The notes under the pieces: model-generated
The model's input: the letters and a program-made list of their open reading frames with translations, nothing else
Databases searched by the model: none
What the model was told of the DNA's origin: nothing
Shown here: piece after piece, positions 52,961-64,000 of the stretch
How the letters are laid out: each line of letters begins with the position of its first letter
How positions within the stretch are numbered: the first letter of the stretch is position 1
Source of the DNA: Octopus sinensis
Lineage: Eukaryota
Length of the DNA stretch: 64,000 nucleotides
Assembly: GCF_006345805.1 (NCBI RefSeq)
Contig: NC_043018.1
Span: 25,172,001 to 25,236,000, forward strand
Direction: 5' to 3'
Translations under genes and position numbers: made by a program

Positions 52961-54102
52961 CCATCATACTCATTGTCCTTATCTCCAGTTCCTTGTCATC
53001 AATTTCTGTATGAGAGTGGGATTCAAGAGTTTCTGTATGCTTTCTGAAACTTAAAATGTTTGTTTGACCCTTAGCTTTCTACTTGTCTATATGAGATTTG
53101 ATCACGGTACTTTAGCAATGGATGCTATCAAACAACTGCATTTTAAGTTTCTTCAACTTGAGATAGTTGTGGCTGAGTATGTTGTTAATTTAACTGCAGG
53201 TCAGCCTGTATTGAGTATAACTACAATCAAAGACATTCCAGTTTTGACCTTCCCATCCTTCTCTCAAGCAATTGTGTATCTAGGACTACATTATCCAGTG
53301 AGCTGAAGGAAATTTGTCTGCTATTTCTAGCAGTTTGTGCAACCACTTAGAGGCTCCCTCTTTGACCCAGAGAGCGAATGTGTTGCCATCTTGCACTTGT
53401 TTGCAGTTGTTGGGTTGTGGCCATGCTGGGACTCTGCCTTGAAGGGTTTAGTTAAACAAATGAAACCCAGTATTTAATTTTATAAACCTGGTACTTGTTC
53501 TATTGGTCTCTTTTACCGAACTGCTAACTTCAAGGGATACAAACACACACACACACACATAGATATCAAACAATGAGAATGAGTGCTCAACACCGCATTG
53601 GTGGATAATGATTCTTTATATATGGATTAAGGCTACCATTGGTTTCGTGTTAAGGAAACCCTTAACAATTATCAAGCTGATTACATGGAACATTGGTGTT
53701 TGTTTCCATTTATATATATATATTTATATGCACACACACATGGTGGGTTTCTTTCATTTTCTGTCATCCAAATCCACTTTTTGGTCTGCCCAGGCTATAG
53801 TAGAAGACATTTGTTCAAGGTGTCACACAGTGGGGCTGAACCCAGAACCTTACCTGCTCCATGAAGACTTCAATAAACCTTCTCTGACTAACAATATTCA
53901 AGTCACTTGGCCATTGTCTGCAATTCCTCAACTCCCATCCTTACCAATATGTAAATCATCTATAAAAATACTAACTTTATCACTCATAGAATTGTTAAGA
54001 TTAGGAAAGAAAGAAAAATCTGTAAATTTTTTTTTTTTTTTTCTGTGAGAGATTCTGTCATCTTCATAATAATAATATTTGGTTTTCTTCTTCTTCTTGC
54101 AG

Positions 54103-54216
54103 AAATATCTTGAAATAGAAAGTCCAACAAGTACAACGTCAGACAGTCAGTATTCATCTATGTCACATAGCAGCACTAGTAGTACCGAAGGTGTTTCACG
54201 TTCAGAAAGCTCGTGA
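54103..54216 (+). CDS. FGFR: FGFR terminal exon (KYLEIESPTSTTSDSQYSSMSHSSTSSTEGVSRSESS*)
   Basis: Pyrimidine tract with AG at 54101-54102, phase 0; YLEI corresponds to the vertebrate YLDL PLCgamma site; Ser/Thr-rich tail; TGA 54214-54216. Confidence 0.9.
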   Translation, partial: KYLEIESPTSTTSDSQYSSMSHSSTSSTEGVSRSESS

Positions 54217-54247
54217 TCATTATCATATATGTGTGTGCGTGTGTATG

Positions 54248-54278
<31 letters not shown>

Positions 54279-56330
54279 CTATATATATGTATATATTCAC
54301 TCATACATAAACATAACTACATTGGCTGAACAAGCAAGCTTTGTTGATCCAATGTTTACTCTCAAACTTGTATACTCCTGCTGTTACCACTATTGTTGAT
54401 GCAATGAGTTATCACCAACTCTTCTTTTTCCTCTTCATCCTACTCACTCAACTACACAAATCATCATGACTACCACAAGGACCCAATCTCTCCCGCACAG
54501 ATGCCATTGGGACTACAAAGATTCTTCTCCCTACCTTCCTCGGTGATTTTTTTTTTTTTTTTGGTCTATGTGAAGTGTCCACCTGGTGCCTTCTTCTCAC
54601 CTGTTTGTGAAGTACTCACCTGTTGCCTTCCTTCTGACTCACCTCTGTTTGCTAGAGACATCAGCCGTGGAATACTCTGTGGTCAGCGATGATATTTTCT
54701 CGACCAGGAAAGACTAGCATGTAGTGAAAAGAAGAAGATAAAAAAAATATGTGATATAAATGGATTATGGATTCTTTTAGTCTGGCAATTTACATTTTCG
54801 CCAAGACTTCCTTCCTGCAACTTAAAAAAGACCTCATCATGAAAATATTTTATGCCTTACATCAACCAAAATACACATACACTGTAAAAAAAACATAATA
54901 AGAAACATTAATACCAAAATTTTCAAAAGTGTAAAAAAAAAAGCCCTTTGGGGAAACCGGAAATAAACTATAAGTTATGACCAACTTTGAGATAATTTTG
55001 GAGAAAGTGCTGACGGTTCACAGAATATTCTTGTGCTTTTGAACTTGTATTATAGACATTATAAAGAAAAACGTAATAATAATATTAATAATGATGATGA
55101 AGCTGTTGAAAACGAGATAAGAGAACTCTGGAATTTTCATTGAAGAATATTTTGTTTTCATAAAAGAGACAAAAATAAGAAAAAAAAACCTTTTCATCTC
55201 TGTGAAACTCTTTGAAAAGGTTATCATTATTATCATTATTATGGTCATGTCAATTAGGTAATCTGCATTTTTTTTCTAATTAAACAAAATCCCTGCATGG
55301 TAAATTAGAAACTTTGTATGCATGAGTGTATGTATGTGCCTGTGTGTATGTTTGTATATATGTATATATATATATATACATGCACACACACTTCGTAAAT
55401 GGAAGAATAATTGAACAAATGAAAACTTGAAATTAAAATATTAGAATGAAATGGTTTCAAGAAGGAAGTGGGTCAGGGGAGAAACTCCTGCCTACCATTA
55501 TTCAGCTTTCTTCGTTTAACCTTTGTGTTAATGGCAACAAAAACTGTTTTGAGGAGGACATTAGTAAAAACCTTTTATTTATGATTTATTCTTAGAAACA
55601 CTAGAAAGCCCTCCTATCTTTTTTTTTTTTTTTTTAACATTGTCAAGTCTTTCTTTTTTGACTTTCCCTACTGAGGTAAAAAAAAAAATTACAAGACCAT
55701 ATTAAAACTGAAATATAAAACACAACAAATTTTCGCATTGAAGTGTGAAATAATCAAAGAAAAAAAAAAGACTGCATCACTTTGTCAAAAGACTGGATTT
55801 TAATCTCAAAGTAAACTGTATGTATATATATATGTGTATATAAATATGTCTGCATGTAAATATGTGTATGTTTATGTATATATATATGCATGTGTGTGTG
55901 TATATATAAATGCATATATATGTGTGCTTGTGTGTATGTATATATATATATGCATGTGTGTATATACATAAATGCATATACGTGTGCTTGTGTGTATATA
56001 TGTATATATATATGCATGTGTGTGTGTATACATGTATATATATATATATATGTCTGCATGTGTGTGTATATAAATGCATATATATGTGTGTATATACATA
56101 TATACACACACACATGTTTCTTTATGCAGTGGAAGCTGCCTATTGTGATCACAGTGAGACGAAGCCTTTTCAATAACAATAACCAACCGGCTGATAACAT
56201 TAAGCAGAGGATATAACACTATCTGGGCCTTTGATTCTTTTTTAAAAAAAAAAAGCTGATAATTTTTAATTAATTTCAAATGAAGTTTGATAACATTATC
56301 GTGATTATAATAAACAGCTTCCTCTTTCAT
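54217..56330 (+). other. Probable FGFR 3' UTR; end uncertain
   Basis: Unique AT-rich sequence after the stop; candidate poly(A) signals AATAAA 54962-54967, ATTAAA 55701-55706, AATAAA 56309-56314. Confidence 0.5.
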
Positions 56331-56793
56331 ATATGACATGTATGTATATGCGTGTGTACATTATCAAAGAATTCTGTTACACTTATTTTTGTGACTGATA
56401 TAAAGTATTATAAGTATATTGTAATAGCAGTTGTACTAATCAGTCATATTTGTCACATAATACTACTACTGCTGCTACTACTACTACTATTAATTTAACT
56501 TTTTTTTTTTTGTTATATTCTAAATTATCAGAAGAAAAAAAATTTATCATTTCCTGCCTAGTTCATTTTTTTACTGTTATTCAGTTGGAGACGTAGAAGG
56601 GAGCAGTTATGCCCAACCTGTGTTAGGCTGCACACACGTTTGCAGTCATGTATATATATATATATGTATGTATATAAATATATCTGCATGTATATATATA
56701 TATATATATGTATGTATATATGTATATATATATATATATGTATGTATATTATATGTATGTATATAAATATATATATATGTATATATATGTATG

Positions 56794-56851
<58 letters not shown>

Positions 56852-56881
56852 TGTATGTATGTATATGTATGTGTATATATG

Positions 56882-56919
<38 letters not shown>

Positions 56920-57314
56920 TATGTATATATATATGTGTGTGTATATATATATATGTGTGTATATATATATGTATGTATATATGTGTGTGTGTGTGTATGT
57001 ATATAAATCTGTGTATTATACATACAGCTGTATAATTACACATACCATTTCATTACCCAACTGTGTTACTACTGTGCTCAAAAAAGGCAATACACTAAGT
57101 TTCACTGTGAAAGCTTGTTGTTTTTTTTTTAATTTAATTTTATTTTTTTTTTTTTTTCATTGTTAAAGAATGGTTTCAGAGGGAGTGACGTGTGTTGGTT
57201 TGTGTTCATATACTGACAAAAATATTTACAGGTGTGATAGTTTGCAAGCTGTACCTAATATCATCATATATATATATCGGTAAATGTAATATGTGACAAT
57301 TATTCGGTAGATGT

Positions 57315-57375
57315 GACAAGACTCCGAGTTTCAGATGTCGGGGTGGAAATCCACACCACCATCTCTTCAGTTATC
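57315..57375 (-). ncRNA. Type I minimal hammerhead ribozyme motif in a Penelope-like terminal repeat
   Basis: Minus strand reads GAUAA-CUGAAGA-GAUG...CAUC-U-GAAAC-UCGGA-GUC-UUGUC: stem I GAUAA/UUGUC, extended stem II, stem III ACU/AGU, GUC site. One extra U before GAAA. Confidence 0.7.
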
Positions 57376-57471
57376 CAGCCATCGGAAAAAATGCTATATA
57401 TATATATATATATATATAGTTTTAATTAAACCTATTGTCATTCCTTCCTTCACTTCCCTTATTAGCTTTAA

Positions 57472-57672
57472 CCCTTTAGTATTCAAAACAGCTATATCGG
57501 GCCCAAATATTCCACCTGTTTTAAGTTCAAACTGACCAGATCTGGCCTCTCATACTTAACCTACAATGTCATTCTAAATATATACATTCAATCACATCAT
57601 TGAAATCTTGAAGTTCTGAGATAATACATGTTTAACTATTACATCTAACAAACTTATTTGAATGCTAAAGGT
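57472..57672 (+). mobile_element. piggyBac-like MITE, family 2 (related copies about 51005-51200 -, 57760-57965 +, 62588-62812 +)
   Basis: TTAACCCTTTAG start and AATGCTAAAGG end; internal sequence matches the other family 2 copies. Confidence 0.7.
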
Positions 57673-58056
57673 TTAACCAAGTAGAGTTAATCGCCACATT
57701 AAAGTGACTTTTCTATGTTACTACTAGTTTAACCCAAGGCAGGTCTTCCACCAGCTGGTTATCGGTGCAGCATTTAATCTGGCTCAAATATTCTACATGT
57801 TTTATGTTAAAATCGGCCAGATCCATCCTCCTAGATCCTTCTAATATGTCATTCTGAAAATATAAAAGCGTAATTTTGTAATCTTGAAGCTTATAAGATA
57901 ATGCAGGATAAATTCAAAACAGTATGAATAAATAAGGATTATATTTGACAAAGTAATCTGAATATTACAGTTTTTCGAGATCAGTGACGAAAAGTTACTG
58001 GAAAAACGTTATAAGGATTTGCATTGGGACACCCTTCATCGAAAACCGGTGATTGT

Positions 58057-58101
58057 CGTATGCTGACGACAGGTCAATACCTAGAAACTGCAGTCCGTGC
58101 G
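58057..58101 (+). ncRNA. Type I minimal hammerhead ribozyme motif
   Basis: Stem I CGUAUG/CGUGCG; core CUGACGA 58063-58069; stem II AGGU-caau-ACCU; GAAA 58084-58087; palindromic stem III ACUGCAGU; GUC site ending 58095. The 10.1-11.1 position is a C-A mismatch. Confidence 0.75.
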
Positions 58102-59050
58102 TATCACTTAGGTTGACGAGGGAGGGATGACCTCCTTTTGCAAATACCATAAGGGCACAGAAAGTGTGCCTAAAGCCAGCTGGAGACGATGTTCTCCTGG
58201 AGCTACAAGCTACATAACACCCACCCTTAGTGGTTAGCCATATTGAGATGGCTAGTATATCTCACATAATTTGAATACTAAAGGACTGAAACTCGCCCAG
58301 GCACCGCTTTTAACTTATAATAAGGATTGGTTCTAAGAGTATGTATCAAATACTATTTCTGATGCTTTGTCATTTAGTACAACTCTCTGCCAAAATCCAT
58401 TTAAAGGAATTAACCACCTTCTGCTAATACTTATTATATACATGTGTGTTTATTATTAAGGTAGCGAGCTTTCAGAATCGTTAGCATACTAGATGGAATG
58501 CTTAGCGGTATTTCGCTCATCACTATGTTCTGAGTTCAAATTCCACCAAGGTTGACTTTGTCTTTCATCCTTTTTGGGGTCAATGAATTTAAGTACCAGT
58601 GAAAGACTGGGGTTGATGTAATTGACTTGTCCTTCCCGCTAAATTTTCAGGCCTTTGTGCCTATAGTAGAAAGGATTATTATTATTATTATCATTACATT
58701 ATGATGTCAGGAGGGAGAGCAGCATCCATGACTTTTTCTTTCTCCTAGCTCTTCCTTCCCACCACTTCCCGGACTCTCTAAGACTTGTTGGGTGAGGTAT
58801 CTGAAGATATGGGCAAAATGCTTGCAGCTGAGGGTACTTTGCTGACAGCATGCAATGAGCAAGTGGCAGTGGTAAACCAGAACAATCTGCTATTTCCAAA
58901 GCTTTGGTCAAGCTGAGGTTATAGCAGAAAACACTTGCTCAAGTGGTTGTACTGTGAGATTGAACCCAAAAGCTACAGCTGTGAAGCAAACTTCTTAACC
59001 ACACAGCCATGGCTACATTCAAATAGTGCATGTATGTGCATATGCATATA

Positions 59051-59425
59051 GGTGCAGGCGTGGCCGTGTAGTAAGCAGCTTGCTTCCCAACCATATGGTT
59101 CTCGGTTCAGATTCATTTGTGTGGCACCTTGGGCAAGTGTCTTCTACTATAGCCTCAGGCTGACCAAAGCCTTGGAAGTGGATTGGTAGGTGGAAAATGA
59201 AAAAAAGCTTGTGTGTGTATATGTATATATATTATATATGTATGTATATTTGTGTGTATCTGTGTTTGTCCCCCAACCATTGCCTGACAACTGATAATTC
59301 GGCAAAAGATACCAATAGAATAAGTATTAAGCTCACAAAGAATAAGTCCTGGGAGTCGATTTCTTTGGCTAAAGGCAGTGCTCCAGCATGGCTGCAGTCA
59401 AATAACTGAAACAAGTAAAAGAATA
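59051..59425 (+). mobile_element. SINE family A, older copy (another head begins at about 63952)
   Basis: Diverged match to family A. Confidence 0.75.
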
Positions 59426-61161
59426 TATATATAGTTCATCGATGAGATCCAGATATTCTCCTTATAGAATACACTTTGTAGTGCTCAAGAGGTTTAAACT
59501 TGAGCGGGTATAAACTATCTGTCTGTCTATCTACCTGTCTATTCGTCTATCTATATAGGAGCAAATGTAAGGATAAGCATGTTAGACAGGTCAATATACA
59601 GAGTATATCAAATACATGAAATGCAAAACGTGTATGCATATAAAAAGATCCAACTTACACAGAATACAAATGATGTGGAGAATTAAAGAGTTTGAAGAAA
59701 AATATTACAAACCCAACAGCTGTTTCTGGGGGTTTGGCAGTCCCAAATAATATTTGTAGATTGATTCCACCATTTTCTATTTGCTCTCTCTCTCTCTCTC
59801 TGACCTTAGCTTTTTTTTTTTTTTCCAGTATCTAAGACTCCTTTACCAACTCAAAACCTCCTAGCAATTATTTAGTTATGTTGGTTTACACCGGAACCAA
59901 CTCTCAAGAGTTAGACAAATGAAAATAAGTACCAGTTACATATTGAGGGTGAATGAACTGATATTTTTCATTTTGCAAAACCATAGCTTTTCATTCAAAG
60001 TGGTCTTTGATTTCGGTTTGAATTTTAACTGTTTGTGTGTGTGAGGGGGTACACCACATACTGTGTGATTTGCAGTTAAAGAAGAAACATGACACCTCAT
60101 TTGCAATGACAATTTTTCTTCTCACTTTGTAATGTCCCCCACTTTAGTCAAAATCGTTTACTAGAAACAACAGTAACACTACAATATTATTGAAGTTTGA
60201 CACAGAGCCCTAAATTTGGTGGAGAAGGAACAATGTCATCAGATGCCCAGTATTTAATTGTTACTTCTTTTATTGACCCCTTGGAGAATGAAAAGCAGAG
60301 GTGACTCTAGAGTGATTTGAATTTGAAATAAAATTTCAAATTTTAGAGGGAGAAATGGTTGAGTTCATCCATTTTACTCCTTTCCTAGATTTAAATGCTA
60401 AAAGCATTAAACCTCATATTTCACCCCAAAACTTCTGTTTCTATACATATTTCTTTTTTTGATGTTGTTGTCATGGCAGGATGGCTTACTTCAGTTTTGT
60501 AAGTAATTTTAGGGGAGAGAGAAGTATGTGTCTCAATCCCACACCGGTTTCTATCTTAGAGAAAGCGGAAGGAAGTGCTGGATGCCCTATTGTAACTGAC
60601 TCGCATGGGTAGGTACAAGGCCAGAAATTTGAGTGGGACGGGTTAGTGAGTTATGTTGAACCCAATGTTTGATTGGGCATCCTTGGCACTAGGAAGGGCA
60701 TCCAGATATTATTAAGAGTTGTATAAAAACATTATTGAAATGTTATATGTATTGTGCATAAATTTTAACAAAACCTTATATGGACCCCGGTTGAGAACCC
60801 GCTTTTTGGAGGAGGAAGAAAATAATGAACAATTATTAACTTCTGCTTGTTGCTCGCATCTACAATTAATGGTACAGCTTGTGATAGACTGACTGAATGA
60901 TTGATTAATTTTTATAAAACAACTTATTGCAAATTATTAAACAGCCTTAAGTTGTTTCTGTTTGTTTTGTTGTTTTAAACAAATTGAACCTGCCATGCAC
61001 AGACACAAATACTGAACATAGCACAATATTAATACCAAAGTAGCTACACCATATTGTGAAGAGCTATTTCCAGTAATTTCAACTTCTAACATCTCCATAC
61101 TCATAAATAGCAAATTATTTCCTGCCTTTTTTTTTTCTTGGAAAACACAGGTTTTTTTAAA

Positions 61162-61268
<107 letters not shown>

Positions 61269-63734
61269 CATTAATCTGATGGGGTTACTTTATACTTTAA
61301 ATTTATTATTCTGAAACAAGAATGCCGTTGACAGGGACTTCAAAGTTTCATCCAGTTAATCCCTCATCCAATGATGGCTTAGCTGGCCGAATATTCAAAG
61401 TCACTGTCAACGACATTCTTGTTTAAGAAATATATGGATGGTGGGGAGAAATAACTTGTTTAGGCCCAGATTAGTCCTAATTGAGAATACTTATGATATC
61501 AACTTCGTTCTGGCCATGGTCATCTTTTTAGAGGTTTCTTGGACAACATATCTAATGTCTCCTCTTTTTAAGAATGACAGAATTGTAATTTGAGGGAAAT
61601 TTGGCTGCCATCTCTAACAGGTTGAGCAACCACATTGAGATTCTCTGATTCAAATCAATCATATGTGAAATGATACTTATACATATGGCTAATGTATGAT
61701 CTTAAGTATGTGTAGTTTTAAGAGGTTTTTTTTTTTTTTGCCTCACCAGAGTAGCCAGTAATATTTCCAAACATGCCATACATGTTTGTTGTCTTTTAAG
61801 CATTTTGCTAAACCTTTATTCAAGTTTATACTTCAGGAACTGAAATAGTATCATTAAGATAATCAGTCATTTTGAGTCGTGCAATCCTTCATGAAATTTT
61901 GCTAAGAAATTACCAATGGTTTTTTTAAGGTGCAGTTTTTTTGAGCTCATTAAATCAGCTGCTTTGTACTTTTATAATTACTGATATTTCTCTCTCTCTC
62001 TCACCCTCTCTCTCTCTCTCTCTACAAAATACGTCTTTTTGCTATTGCTAATTTTGATCCTTTTTAACACCAGCCAACCAAAAAATTATTGATCATTAAA
62101 TACATCCCAACTTTCCATCATGTCAGTTAATATGGAATAATTTATATTTCTTTAACAGAAGATATCAGTAAGAACAAAAATAAAAGTGACTTTGGAATTC
62201 ACTGCACCTCTATAATTTTGTAAATAATGGTACTTGTTAAGAAATAGAATTAACATGCTAGAGTACAAACAAATGAACGGACAGGGTTACAATCCTGCCG
62301 TGAACCCTTGTGTTGTACTCTTAGGGCAATACATGTTAACCATGTTTCTTTCAGTCGGTTTTCAGTATAACAGCTTTGTATACTTCAAGAAAACTAGTCA
62401 TGGCTTGTGTCATCTGAAATTCTGTCAGTTTGTGAAATTTTGCAAGTTTGTCTACCATGGGAAGAGTGAGTTCCAGCTCTGTGACTAAGGGCCTTGCCCA
62501 AAATATTAAGAATTCTTATCTTTGCACATGGTACATGGACTTATCCAAATTTCGCAAGCTGTATTCACAGGCAAATTATTAACTTTAATCCTTTAGCATT
62601 CAAACTGGCCACATCAGACCAAAATATTCAACCTGTTTTATATTGAAACTGGCCAAATCCGGCCTCTTACACAACCCCCTACAATGCCATTCTAAAACTA
62701 AACAAGCTGATCGTCGAAATCCTCAAGCTATGAGATAATGTATGATTAATTTAAAAACAATATGAATAAATAAGCATTGAATTTAACAGAATAACCTTGA
62801 ATGCTAAATGGTTAGAGGAAATTGGCGTTGACATTTTCCACGGGCTAAACCATTCTTTTTGTGTCGAGACAGAGAGAACATAAGATGAAATTAACTTCTT
62901 TCGTTGAAGTTTGACAAAAGAATTATTAGCAGGCAACATTAACTATCATGTTAATCCTTATCATCTTTTATTACACCTGAACTTACCTGTTGTTATCAAC
63001 TTACCTGTTGTTATCAACACTAGCTGACTGATTTCCTTTCTCAATTGTTTTGTTTCAACAATCATTCTGTTAATTTATTTGTAAATATGTATTGGTGCAT
63101 AGAAAGAAAAAAAACAAATATAATATATATACATATGTGTGTGTGTGTATATATAATATAATATATATATGTAACATAATATATATATATTATAATTATT
63201 GTATATTATATAATTATTATATAATATATTTGGCACTACTCGTCTCTTCATTGATATATCAATCTCAGAACAAAGTTTGCCTTTCAATAAACATCATCAT
63301 TAAAGTACATTTTAAACATTCATATTCAGTCTTTACTACCACTCAAAAATGACCAATATAGAGCATATTATTATTATTATTATTGGCAGTATTGTTAACG
63401 CATCAGTCAATACTTTAGAGTATTTAGTGTTATGCTTCTTTTTTTTTTTCTTTTCTTTTAACATTTTGTATTCAAATCTTGTTGTGGTTAACTTTGCCTT
63501 TCCCCTTGATCAAATGAAGTACCACTCAAGTACTGAGGCTGATGATATCGACTAACCCCGACCCCCACCATCCCTTTGATCTTGCTGGCATTGTGTCTAA
63601 ATTAGAAAAATAATAATCTTCATCATGATCATCATCATCATTATTATTAATATTATTATAGCCTGTTCTGCCATGAAGTTTTCTGTTTTAGAAAGTTTCT
63701 GATTGTCTTGTTTGAATAATATCAAGATAATCCG

Positions 63735-63940
63735 TGCCAGATTAACCATTCTCCACGTTGCTGCTATTTCTAGTCTGTTCCGTACCATAAACATTTGCGG
63801 TCACAGTCCAGCGCATCTTTGCAGTGGAGCTTCTGGTGCCCACATCTAATGATGTGAATACCTACCAGCTTGCCATAGAAGATATTTCCATCAAGTCTCT
63901 GTTAAACAACCAACACCCAAGCCTTTTTCCAACAGAGACA
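63735..63940 (-). mobile_element. RTE-type LINE 3' fragment
   Basis: Minus strand encodes RLDGNIFYGKLVGIHIIRCGHQKLHCKDAL, resembling the RLP..IFYGEL..GKR..G.QK.R.KD.L RTE motif. Confidence 0.55.
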
Positions 63941-64000
63941 ATATGGTAACATAGGAGTGGCTGTGTGGTAAGTAGCTTGCTAACCAACCACATGGTTCCG

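Overview
AT-rich, microsatellite- and SINE-dense animal DNA; the repeat families and gene style point to an octopod cephalopod (inference). The window holds most of one + strand fibroblast growth factor receptor gene: 14 coding exons from Ig-like domain 2 (5403) through IgIII, the transmembrane helix and the tyrosine kinase to a stop at 54214-54216. Signal peptide, Ig1 and acid-box exons are not seen and presumably lie upstream. Main points of interest: (1) several minimal hammerhead-ribozyme motifs, two near-intact (57315-57375 on -, 58057-58101 on +, the latter inside a ~350-nt hairpin-dense retrozyme-like island) plus decayed pairs in the IgIII intron; (2) a candidate alternative terminal exon (46845-46886, PDESHSVFEVPCY*) that would remove the PLCgamma-docking tyrosine; (3) a 1-nt frameshift in the transmembrane exon and a Glu-to-Val change at the kinase hinge 'molecular brake' position; (4) nested MITEs, foldback repeats and a FLYWCH/MULE relic. 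Nearly all ORFs in the supplied track are microsatellite or SINE artefacts. All coordinates were counted by hand; repeat boundaries are approximate.
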